Assembly: GCA_937930175.1 (NCBI GenBank) | Contig: CALGLP010000006.1 | Location: 129,749 to 193,748, forward strand | Direction: 5' to 3' | From: an uncultured bacterium | Lineage (GTDB): Bacteria; Omnitrophota; Gorgyraeia; Zapsychrales; Aceulaceae | Length of the DNA stretch: 64,000 bases | In this document: one piece after another, positions 49,590 to 58,088 of the stretch | Layout of the letters: each line of letters begins with the position of its first letter | Numbering within the stretch: the first letter of the stretch is position 1 | Position numbers and translations under genes: made by a program | The notes under the pieces: generated by a model | Seen by the model: only the letters and a program-made list of their open reading frames with translations | What the model was told of the DNA's origin: nothing | Database searches by the model: none

Positions 49590-49766
49590 TTATTGCACTT
49601 TCCTTGATTGAGAGCGCAACCACTTATCTATTTCTTTGCGATCAAAACGCCAGACGCCGCCGATTTTGATCCCTGCGATCTTGCGTTGATTAAGCCAGTT
49701 GTAGATCGTCTGCTTTTTCAGCTTAAGATATGCAGCAAGCTCATCAACATCTAATAAGTGATCCAT
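49590..49766 (-). CDS. small excisionase-family HTH (HTH_17) protein, first gene of the pilus operon
   Basis: Not in the ORF track (58 aa): MDHLLDVDELAAYLKLKKQTIYNWLNQRKIAGIKIGGVWRFDRKEIDKWLRSQSRKVQ. Its TAA stop overlaps the pilMN ATG (ATAATCATGG). Same G.WRF.R..ID.W motif as the two HTH proteins at 12.4-13.2 kb. Confidence 0.6.
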   Translation of the reverse strand: MDHLLDVDELAAYLKLKKQTIYNWLNQRKIAGIKIGGVWRFDRKEIDKWLRSQSRKVQ

Positions 49767-50053
49767 CGCTTCCCTGTCTTTGGTATTTGTTTATTTTATA
49801 ATTTAGTTGCGTAGAGAGCTGTATTCTTATTTCAATATCATTAGAGCATAATAGAATTACTCTGTCAATAGAAAAGTTATATATAAATCTTTAAACTTAC
49901 TCACGTTTACTTTTAGTAATCTAAGAATCTTGAAGATTGGTTTCTTAAGGGCAACGCATTGCGATTAGTTGTTGAGCTCAGAGCCCAGTCTCTAAAAAAG
50001 TTTTAGAAAAAGAGATTAAAAAATTAAAGATAACCTTTCAAATTGTAGTTTAT

Positions 50054-52270
50054 TTGATAAGATTAAGTATGGTCATTGTAGGATTCCTTAAGAAGCATTT
50101 CTTTACTATCCTGGTTCTGTTTGCAGGGTTTATTAATCTACCGTTTTTCCTTAATAAAACTCCGATTTATCATGATACCCTTGCGCACTACATTGCGTTT
50201 TACAACACCTACAACTCTTTTTTCTTTCACGCGGAATTGCCTCGCTGGCTTCCCTATACAAGCTTTGGAGTCTCAAGCGATTTCTTCATCTTTCTGCCAA
50301 CTGATTATTTCTTTATGCTTGTTGGTAGCCTTCTAAAAATAATAAATGTTTTATTTTTATATAAGGCATCTTTCTTTGCAACCCAACTCATCTATCTTCT
50401 AGGAACCTATACTCTTGCAAGAGACATTTTTAAGAGTCGTTTTTCAATTTGGCTTGTTTGTCTATGTGCAGCAGGGAGCCTCATGCTAAGAGATCAGATT
50501 GGCTGGGGATTTTCCTATTTTTACTTGCTACCATGGATGCTTTTTTACTTTCGAAAACTGATTATTGATAAGAATCCTTTTCCTTTCTTCTTTTTATCGG
50601 TCATTTCGCTTCTTGGCTGTCTTCCTTATTTTACTGTTATCGTCTTTTTCCAATTTTTTGTTTTTTTTATTCTATTGTGGATCGTCAATCGGCGACAAAT
50701 TTTCTGCGGCTATAAAGCTCCCTGCAAATCTTCTGTTTTAATTAATATAATTAAGTGTCTTGGTCTCTTTGCTTTTGTCTTTGCATATTTTTATATTTTG
50801 TTCCATTCAAAAGATTTAATACAAATTCTTTCCGTAGGTCGAGATCCAGAATCTTTCGGAGTTTCCTTACAGACATTCTTGAGCTATGGTGGTCATATTG
50901 GTCTTAAGAAATTTATTTTTTTCATTACTCCTATTCATTTGGCAACTTCCTTTTCTGATCTGCATATTTATTTAGGATTAACACTTTGGATTTGCGTTGT
51001 TTATGGAATTTTTCGTAGCAAAGAACCACTATTCGCTGTTTTCTTTGTCCTTGCAGCGGTTGTTTTTCTTTTCTCGTTAGGGAGTTATTTTAGTGTCTTT
51101 TGTTATTATTTTATGCCAGGGATGAAGCTCTTTCGTCATATTGGCTTAACCGCAAATCTTTTGCGTTTTTATGTTCCCATCCTTGCAGGCTTCGGCTTGC
51201 AGGCCTTGCTCAATGATATCGCCAAGCAGAAAGATAATAATCAATCCTATCTTTTTCTATTTTTTGGCGTTTTTATGGTCGCCTTTAGCTTTTTAGTTGT
51301 CTGCCCTGGAGAAAGCTTGTTGTGGGCCGTTGCTTATCCCTGCTTGATCCTTGCGATCGTTTTATTCGCATTCTTTTTTGCGCAATTAAGAAAGACCAAA
51401 TCACCGCATTTGGGCGTTCTTCTTGTTTTATTTTGTGTTCTTGAATTGGTGGTTGCCCAATTCTTGATCGCAGAGCGTGTTCATAAGAATGCGCCTGCGC
51501 AGCCTAAATCGTTAAGCTATGTTTCTAGAAATCTTTATCAGTCCTCACGAAGCTCTAAGCCACCTTCAATCAGGGCAAAAGAACTTAAGGACTATCTTTC
51601 ATTTTTCCATCATCGTTGGGGTTGTGGCATCTATGCCTATTATTACGACTTTCTGCAGTGGGATCCGTGTGATTGCGACCTGCGTTTAGATTTTATGAAC
51701 AAATATGTCTATGATTTCTTAAAAATAACAGGAAATAAGCCGACTTTGCAAGGGTTTACCCTACCTGAGAGCTCCTTTGTCCGCAACGCTGTCGGATGCC
51801 AAACACCAAAGATTCAGCTTATTTCAAAAGTTATTTTTAGCAATGATCCGAAGACAACTCTCAAGGCTATAAAAACAAAGGACGCGATTGTTGTCGCCGG
51901 CGCATCTACTAAGCTTCAAAATACTTGGAAAAACCATGCGAAGTCTGAAGGATACATCGTTGTAAATGATTTTTCATCAAATCGGTTAAAGTTGACCGCT
52001 TTTGTTCCTGAAAGGCAGGGCGCATGGCTGTATTATAAGGACGGGTACCATCCGGATTGGACGGCCAAGATCAACAATCAACGATCAGTTGTTTATCAAG
52101 CAAACATCGCCTTTAAGGCCATTAAGCTCCCGTATGGGCTAAATAGTGTTGAATTGTCTTTTGATAATCGGAAAATGGCGTTATGTTTTTATGTGTTAAT
52201 TTTGGGAGGATTGTTGTTCACGGTGTTCATGCTAGTGAAAATATTTTCAGAGATCTTGTACCCTAATTAA
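50054..52270 (+). CDS. large polytopic membrane protein, GT-C-fold glycosyltransferase-like (GtrC/YfhO/TfpW-like)
   Basis: 738 aa. About 480 aa with at least 12 predicted TM helices, then a roughly 230-aa soluble C-terminal domain. Divergent from the pilus operon, convergent (10 bp) with the sugar operon. TTG start in the track; ATG at 50069 also possible. Confidence 0.45.
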   Translation: MIRLSMVIVGFLKKHFFTILVLFAGFINLPFFLNKTPIYHDTLAHYIAFYNTYNSFFFHAELPRWLPYTSFGVSSDFFIFLPTDYFFMLVGSLLKIINVLFLYKASFFATQLIYLLGTYTLARDIFKSRFSIWLVCLCAAGSLMLRDQIGWGFSYFYLLPWMLFYFRKLIIDKNPFPFFFLSVISLLGCLPYFTVIVFFQFFVFFILLWIVNRRQIFCGYKAPCKSSVLINIIKCLGLFAFVFAYFYILFHSKDLIQILSVGRDPESFGVSLQTFLSYGGHIGLKKFIFFITPIHLATSFSDLHIYLGLTLWICVVYGIFRSKEPLFAVFFVLAAVVFLFSLGSYFSVFCYYFMPGMKLFRHIGLTANLLRFYVPILAGFGLQALLNDIAKQKDNNQSYLFLFFGVFMVAFSFLVVCPGESLLWAVAYPCLILAIVLFAFFFAQLRKTKSPHLGVLLVLFCVLELVVAQFLIAERVHKNAPAQPKSLSYVSRNLYQSSRSSKPPSIRAKELKDYLSFFHHRWGCGIYAYYYDFLQWDPCDCDLRLDFMNKYVYDFLKITGNKPTLQGFTLPESSFVRNAVGCQTPKIQLISKVIFSNDPKTTLKAIKTKDAIVVAGASTKLQNTWKNHAKSEGYIVVNDFSSNRLKLTAFVPERQGAWLYYKDGYHPDWTAKINNQRSVVYQANIAFKAIKLPYGLNSVELSFDNRKMALCFYVLILGGLLFTVFMLVKIFSEILYPN

Positions 52271-52280
52271 GGGATGTTCT

Positions 52281-52979
52281 TTAGCCAAAGATTTTAACTT
52301 TTAGGATCGCCCATAAAGCAGGAATAACAGTATCTACGGCTTTTATGGTTTTTCCTTGTTGATGCGTCCTGGGTGTATAAGAAACGGCTTCTTCGGCAAT
52401 CTTGTATCCCGCCCGACAAAGTTTGCTCACCAATTCAACGGCAGCCGCGTGTCCATTAGAATTAAATCTTGTTGCCTTTAAAATTTTTGTTTTAATCAGA
52501 CTAGATCCTATCACATCTGTAAAATTTCGCCCATAGAATAAATTAATCAACGATGTTGCAATAATGGTTCCAAGCCAATATGGCCTTTCTTTAATTAATG
52601 TAAATATTGGAACATTTTTCCGGTCTAAAAGTCTTGAGCCAAAAACAACATCTAAGCTCTCGCGTTCCATTTTTTCCATCATTTTCTGGACATCTCTCAT
52701 GCTATACTCAAGGTCTGCGCCAAGTCCAGAGAAATACTCCCCTTTAGCCAATTCCATTCCTTCACGGCCCGAATACCCAACTCCCATATTTTTTGAGTGA
52801 AGAATTATCCTGAGGTCCTTGTCATTTTTTAATCCCTGGAGCAATTCTCTGGTGCCATCTGTTGAGCAATTGTCAATAATAATGATCTCTTTATCAATGT
52901 TGACGGCTTTAGCCTCCTCGATGGCTTTAAGAATCGTTGTTTTCTCATTGAAACACGCGATAACCATGGTAAGCTTCAT
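52281..52979 (-). CDS. family 2 glycosyltransferase, polyprenol-phosphate sugar synthase-like (GtrB/Dpm1 catalytic domain)
   Basis: MKLTMVIACFNEKTTI…IIIDNCSTDGT… GT-A motifs. Start moved to Met29 (ATGA overlap with the rfbH stop). Confidence 0.65.
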   Translation of the reverse strand: MKLTMVIACFNEKTTILKAIEEAKAVNIDKEIIIIDNCSTDGTRELLQGLKNDKDLRIILHSKNMGVGYSGREGMELAKGEYFSGLGADLEYSMRDVQKMMEKMERESLDVVFGSRLLDRKNVPIFTLIKERPYWLGTIIATSLINLFYGRNFTDVIGSSLIKTKILKATRFNSNGHAAAVELVSKLCRAGYKIAEEAVSYTPRTHQQGKTIKAVDTVIPALWAILKVKIFG

Positions 52980-54292
52980 TCTATCTCCTTTAGAAAATCG
53001 ATCAAAATCTTTTTTATGTACGACAGCATTCCTTGGGTAAGGCCAGGATAGACTCCTATCCAAAATAAATTATTCATGACAACATCTGTATTGTTCAAAT
53101 TTCTAGCCACCTTATATTTTATATTTTTGTAAGCAGGCTGTTTTAAAAGGTTACCGCCAAACAACATTCTTGTGGCAATCTTATGATCTTCAAAATAATT
53201 AACAATATCTGCCCTCTTAAAAGGCGCACTTTCTCTGACTAAGATAGGAAAACCAAACCAGCTCGGATCCGAATACTTCTCAGCTTCTGGGAGTACAAAA
53301 TAATTTCTATACTTCTTAAGCACTGCGTAAAGAAATTTGAAATTTCTCTTTCTAGCTTCAATAAATCTAGGCAATTTTTTTAGTTGAGCGCATCCGATGG
53401 CTGCTTGCATCTCCGTAATCTTTAAATTATAACCCACATGCGAATAAACGTATTTATGATCATATCCGTAAGGTAAGTCGCCAAACTTTTGGCTAAACCT
53501 TTTTTTGCATGTATCATCATCTCCTGGGTTACACCAGCAATCCCTTCCCCAGTCCCGAAAAGACAGTATTATTTTTCTTAATAGCGAATTGTTAGTCAAA
53601 ACAGCTCCACCCTCTCCCGTCGTTATGTGGTGCGAGGGATAGAAACTACAGGTCGAAATATCGCCAAAGGTTCCAGCATGCTTACCCTTGTACATTGATC
53701 CTAACGCGTCACAGTTGTCTTCAATAAACCATAGGTTATATTTTTTTGCTATTTTAGAAATTAACCCCAGATTCGCGGGATTACCCAACGTATGCGCGAT
53801 GAATATTGCTTTTGTCCTGTTGGTAAGCATCTTTTCTATCAGCTCAGCTTTAATATTATATGTTCCCAGTTTTATGTCTAAAAATACTGGTGTTAAGCGA
53901 TTTTGTAAGATTGGGTTGAGGGTGGTTGGAAAACCGCAGGCTGTGGTAATAACTTCATCTCCAGGCCTCAATCTTCTATCTTTTAACAAAGGAGAAGTCA
54001 GGCTAGAAACCGCCAAAAGATTAGCTGAAGAACCTGAATTTGTTAATAGACAATGCTTAACCCCTAAGAAACTAGCAAGGCCTTTTTCAAATTTATCGGC
54101 GTATCTGCCAGCCGTAAGCCAAAAATCCAGCGAAGCATCAACCAAGTGAATAAGCTCATCTTCGTTATAAACCCGGCCGGCATAAGGAATAGGACTCTTC
54201 CTTTCAAGAAATTGACTTTTTTTTCTTTCGGAGGCGCAATACGTTGCTACTTTTTCTAATATGTCGCGTCTTAATTTTATGCTTTTATTCAT
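52976..54292 (-). CDS. ddhC: CDP-6-deoxy-D-xylo-4-hexulose-3-dehydrase (E1; RfbH/DdhC family, DegT/AHBA-synthase fold)
   Basis: 438 aa. Length and N-terminal pattern (…LVDASLDFWLTAGRYADKFEKGLASFLGVKHCLLTNSGSSANLLAVSSLTSPLL…) match RfbH-type PMP-dependent 3-dehydrases, not ~380-aa aminotransferases. Confidence 0.7.
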   Translation of the reverse strand: MNKSIKLRRDILEKVATYCASERKKSQFLERKSPIPYAGRVYNEDELIHLVDASLDFWLTAGRYADKFEKGLASFLGVKHCLLTNSGSSANLLAVSSLTSPLLKDRRLRPGDEVITTACGFPTTLNPILQNRLTPVFLDIKLGTYNIKAELIEKMLTNRTKAIFIAHTLGNPANLGLISKIAKKYNLWFIEDNCDALGSMYKGKHAGTFGDISTCSFYPSHHITTGEGGAVLTNNSLLRKIILSFRDWGRDCWCNPGDDDTCKKRFSQKFGDLPYGYDHKYVYSHVGYNLKITEMQAAIGCAQLKKLPRFIEARKRNFKFLYAVLKKYRNYFVLPEAEKYSDPSWFGFPILVRESAPFKRADIVNYFEDHKIATRMLFGGNLLKQPAYKNIKYKVARNLNNTDVVMNNLFWIGVYPGLTQGMLSYIKKILIDFLKEIE

Positions 54293-54332
54293 TAATTCTC
54301 GCTATTTAGATCGCAGACATGCAGCCCACACC

Positions 54333-54779
54333 TTAAGCCTTAAATATGTTTTTGTTCCCAAAGGAAAGATGTCTATGTCCAAGATAGTTGAAAGGAGTGG
54401 CTATAACGATACACAAACATTGTGCCAGGATCGGATACAAGCCTAAAAGACTGACCAATAGATACATGAGTACAAAACCAAGCACAGCGCTCCCACTGTA
54501 AACCAAATAACAGCGAAAATATTCTTTGAGATAATTCCCCTTTGTTCTAAAAACAACAAACTTATAGCCAAGATATGCGTTGGTAATAGCTAAAATATTA
54601 GCCGGAATCAATAATAGCAGATAGTTAACACGGGCATGCAGCAACTTGTATAAAATAGCATAAGCTCCTATCCCAAACAATGTGTTCCAGCCGCCAATGA
54701 GCATATAGCGCATCATCCGGCGAATCTCTTTATCGTGTTTTTTATATTTCTCCACTAGCTGAACACCTATTGCGTGCAT
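54333..54779 (-). CDS. GtrA-family membrane protein (polyprenol-phosphate-sugar flippase-like)
   Basis: About 130 aa, 4 TM helices, YMLIGGWNTLFGIGAYAIL…ATPFNYLGHRHLSF GtrA signature. Confidence 0.65.
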   Translation of the reverse strand: MHAIGVQLVEKYKKHDKEIRRMMRYMLIGGWNTLFGIGAYAILYKLLHARVNYLLLLIPANILAITNAYLGYKFVVFRTKGNYLKEYFRCYLVYSGSAVLGFVLMYLLVSLLGLYPILAQCLCIVIATPFNYLGHRHLSFGNKNIFKA

Positions 54780-54848
54780 ATGTCGTATCCGTTCAAATTA
54801 ATTTCTACTTTTTATCCTCAGGGACAAGCATATTGTTTTAAAGAAATA

Positions 54849-55982
54849 CTAAATTATTTCTAATCCGAAATCTCGCAATATCGCAACCTTTGTATTACTA
54901 AAACTCTGCTGTATTATCCCAACCACCTCATCGGAATAACTAGCTGCCATAACAACAACCGCATCAACCGGATCTGATCTAAGAGTGTTAGGTGTTACGA
55001 TCGGTAAATGCGTAGCCGGAGTGTATTTGCCTTGCTTGAAAGGCGCTGAATCGATGACGTATCTGATTTTGTCTGCAATTCTTGTCAAGGCAATGATGGC
55101 TAAGGCCTGATGGCCAGCGCCCCAGATGGCAACACTTTTTTCCTTGAAATGGCTAAGAAACTCATTGATTTCAGATTCAATTTTGATTTGATAATCATAA
55201 AAGTGCATTATGTCGAGCTTTCCTCTTTTTTTTACAACAACGGAAATAACATAATCATCCCGTGTCTGGCTGAAGTCAATGATGTCAAATCCATTAATAG
55301 ACAAAGTTGTCTGTAGCGTTTCTTTGGTAAAGTACAGCAGATGATCGCTAATGAATTCTGAGAAAAGGTTTTTTCGTAATATCATGTCAAAATTCGGCAC
55401 TTCAATTAAGCCTACGGCATCTTCAGTCAAGTTATTATAAATTCCTTTGAGCGCATGATTTGGCGCAGGTATATGCTCCAAAAACATCAATAAAAGAAAG
55501 GCGTCAAAAGGACCCTGATCCAGTTTCTTAGAATTGCTATCGAGATATTCTTTTGATACATTCAGCCCATCTTTCACACACTGCTTAACTGAAAGTTCTG
55601 AATACTCCAATCCGTAAGCCTTGACGTCAAGCGGCTGCAGCAAGGAAAGAAATTCCCCTTTTCCGCATCCGATCTCGATAATCTTTTTCCCCTTTAATGA
55701 ATATTTCTCAATAAAGTTGGCGAATTGTTTGGTTTTAAAATCTTTGATAATTTCCGAAACAGCTGCGGCCCGAATAACCTCTCGGTAATACGAAACAGGA
55801 TCATCACTTAGCTGCACTAAGCCACATCCTGAACATTGACAAACGGTTAAATTGACGCCTGTTTCGTTTTTCAAAGAATTTGCGTCAGGGAAATGTTGAG
55901 CAGCTTTCGGCATGTTTTTGTAGACGAGCAGTGGTTTATTAAAAAATTCTCGACCACAAACTCTGCAAATCGAAATTGACAT
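54849..55982 (-). CDS. NDP-hexose C-methyltransferase (TylCIII-like; zinc-ribbon + SAM MTase + C-methyltransferase C-terminal domain)
   Basis: N-terminal Cys4 zinc ribbon (CRVCG…CQCSGCG), SAM motif IIEIGCGKGEF, and C-terminal Rossmann-like domain (VAIWGAGHQA…YVIDSAPFKQGKYTPATHLPIV…) as in sugar 3-C-methyltransferases. Confidence 0.65.
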   Translation of the reverse strand: MSISICRVCGREFFNKPLLVYKNMPKAAQHFPDANSLKNETGVNLTVCQCSGCGLVQLSDDPVSYYREVIRAAAVSEIIKDFKTKQFANFIEKYSLKGKKIIEIGCGKGEFLSLLQPLDVKAYGLEYSELSVKQCVKDGLNVSKEYLDSNSKKLDQGPFDAFLLLMFLEHIPAPNHALKGIYNNLTEDAVGLIEVPNFDMILRKNLFSEFISDHLLYFTKETLQTTLSINGFDIIDFSQTRDDYVISVVVKKRGKLDIMHFYDYQIKIESEINEFLSHFKEKSVAIWGAGHQALAIIALTRIADKIRYVIDSAPFKQGKYTPATHLPIVTPNTLRSDPVDAVVVMAASYSDEVVGIIQQSFSNTKVAILRDFGLEII

Positions 55983-56001
55983 TAATCGTTCCTATATTTT
56001 T

Positions 56002-57021
56002 TTATCGTAATCTTTCAATTGGAAATCCGTCAATATTGTCTCTGGTGTAATAATCGTTACGATAAATATTACATCTTAAGCATGAATAATTCTCGTGTTT
56101 TCTATCCTTTAGTTGCAATTTTTGGAATTCAAGCCATTGCCTTGAATTCCATATCTGTTGCAAGCTCATATCATCAACGTTTCCCAGATTTGTGCCACCA
56201 ATAAAATCTACACAGCAGGGAGAAACATCACCGTTACTTCGAACCGCCATTGTCGTAAAAGCCATAGGGCATGCAACTCTTTGAGTACTATGTTTCTTTG
56301 AATCATCAAGGGCTTTAATTATGTCGTCTTTGTAATAATCTTTTATAAAATCTACTCCATCTACCTTGATCCAGTTATGTGGTTTTTCAATGTAGACTTC
56401 ATCGGCTACATCGCTATACATTTCCATGAAGGCATCGTTATCTGAGTTATACGCATCAAGCATCTTTGCGGCAACAAAAGGGCTTTTGCTATTAGCACAT
56501 TTTTTTATAGCCTGCAAGGTTTTTAAATTTTCATGTATTTTGTGTATATCGAACTTTGTGCCGGTAATTTCCTCATGCTTATCTTGATAAGGCGAATATA
56601 TCGAGACCCTAATATAATCGAGTTGATACTCAACAAGTTTTTCTGCTACTTTTTCAGTAAGCAGTGAGGCATTTGTTGTCGTTTCAATTCTTTCAGCAAT
56701 GTTTGCCTCCCTTGCCATTTCCAGCATCTCACAGAAATCCGGATTAAGTAAAGGTTCCCCGTACAAGCTGAGCTTTAATACTTTAAGTTTTTTCTCATTC
56801 CAACTTTTTAATTGTTCAATCACCTTTACATAGGTATCAAACGGCATATGTTGACGATTTTCTGTAAAATAATTCTCTTCCTTCAGGCTCTGGAAACACT
56901 GGACGCATTTAAAATTGCATAAACTCGATGGCTCAATCAGCACCGTAAACGGTTTAGATAGCGGTAATACATTTCTGAGATTTTGCCGTTTAGTTGATTT
57001 TAGCTCAGTATATTTGATCAT
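56002..57021 (-). CDS. radical SAM / SPASM-domain enzyme
   Basis: CxxxCxxC (CNFKCVQC) cluster, LYGEPLL and TTN motifs, C-terminal Cys-rich SPASM region (CPMAF…SPCCVDF…CLRC). Confidence 0.75.
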   Translation of the reverse strand: MIKYTELKSTKRQNLRNVLPLSKPFTVLIEPSSLCNFKCVQCFQSLKEENYFTENRQHMPFDTYVKVIEQLKSWNEKKLKVLKLSLYGEPLLNPDFCEMLEMAREANIAERIETTTNASLLTEKVAEKLVEYQLDYIRVSIYSPYQDKHEEITGTKFDIHKIHENLKTLQAIKKCANSKSPFVAAKMLDAYNSDNDAFMEMYSDVADEVYIEKPHNWIKVDGVDFIKDYYKDDIIKALDDSKKHSTQRVACPMAFTTMAVRSNGDVSPCCVDFIGGTNLGNVDDMSLQQIWNSRQWLEFQKLQLKDRKHENYSCLRCNIYRNDYYTRDNIDGFPIERLR

Positions 57022-58067
57022 CTAATAAAATCTTCTTTGTCAAATGCTTCAGTCCAATGAATAGGTAGCGGTTTGCGATAAGTTTTGGACATATATTTAT
57101 TAATAAAATTACGATCTTCTCCAGAAAGGCACAAGCTGCTGTATTCTTGAAAACATTTAATGCTCTGTCCGCGTTTGATGATGTTGGCCAGGCTTTCCTT
57201 AAAAATACTACCGATGGATATAGGGATATATACGCACGGTGTTACATCACCATACTGAGTGATGTGCAATGTCGAATCAACACAACCACAACCTTTGTTC
57301 ATGCCGTAAGACGGGAAAGTGTCGCGATGTAATACAGGATACTGATCATGGGCCTTGCGGAGAAATTCTGCGTCTTCCTTATCGATTAACACTTCATGTT
57401 TCCCTTCCCATGCTCCAGTGGCCCGAGCAATTAACACGTCAATCGTAAAGTCATTCTTCTGAGCGAATTCGGCCATCTGTATTAAGCGATCCGTCTGACA
57501 GTTTTGATGGGTAACAACCGTTTGGACCACCACGCTCAAGCCCGCCTTTTTGGCGTTGAACATGGCATCCATCGCTTTTTGATAGGCTCCGCTGCTGTTG
57601 CGATTTTCGTTATGCCGTTTTTCGTCAAAATCATCCAAACTAATTTTGAGCTTATCCATGCCCATTGCCTTTAAGTGTCTAGCGGCTTTTTTGCTCAAAA
57701 AATGACCATTGGTGCTCATCGTCATGTGGAACTTGTGTGGTTGCAGAGCCAGGATTACCCCATCTAGGTCTTCAAAGATTAATGGTTCTCCGCCAGAGAT
57801 ACAAAACTGACAAAGGCCGAGAGAATGGGCCTCATCGCTAAGTTTTTTCAGGTCAGGTGGGGTTAGTTTTCGTCCTTTTTTTGCAAAACGAGCGGCTGTG
57901 CAGTGCTGACACTTCAGATTGCAAGCATAGCTATAAGCAATATCGATGATCGGTGTGGCAATCCCCTTTTGGTGACGCTCGATAATTTTTATTATCTTGT
58001 CGTAGACCGCAGGTTTTTCCTGTCGCAATTTTTCTCGCTTAGCGTCTTCAATCTCTTTTTCTTGCAC
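57018..58067 (-). CDS. radical SAM / SPASM-domain enzyme (paralog of the upstream gene)
   Basis: CNLKCQHC radical-SAM cluster, SGGEPLI and STNG motifs, C-terminal CGCVD…TPCVY…CLSG SPASM cysteines. 4-bp overlap with the preceding gene. Confidence 0.75.
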   Translation of the reverse strand: MQEKEIEDAKREKLRQEKPAVYDKIIKIIERHQKGIATPIIDIAYSYACNLKCQHCTAARFAKKGRKLTPPDLKKLSDEAHSLGLCQFCISGGEPLIFEDLDGVILALQPHKFHMTMSTNGHFLSKKAARHLKAMGMDKLKISLDDFDEKRHNENRNSSGAYQKAMDAMFNAKKAGLSVVVQTVVTHQNCQTDRLIQMAEFAQKNDFTIDVLIARATGAWEGKHEVLIDKEDAEFLRKAHDQYPVLHRDTFPSYGMNKGCGCVDSTLHITQYGDVTPCVYIPISIGSIFKESLANIIKRGQSIKCFQEYSSLCLSGEDRNFINKYMSKTYRKPLPIHWTEAFDKEDFIR

Positions 58068-58088
58068 AGATCGCCTTTCTAGAATTTT

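Noticed and set aside
49950-49966. Possible sigma54 promoter (GGCAAC-N-TTGCG) upstream of the GT-C gene
   Set aside because: GG to GC spacing is 9 nt rather than the canonical 10, and the conserved TGGCAC/TTGCA bases are only partly matched. Likely chance in an AT-rich intergenic region.
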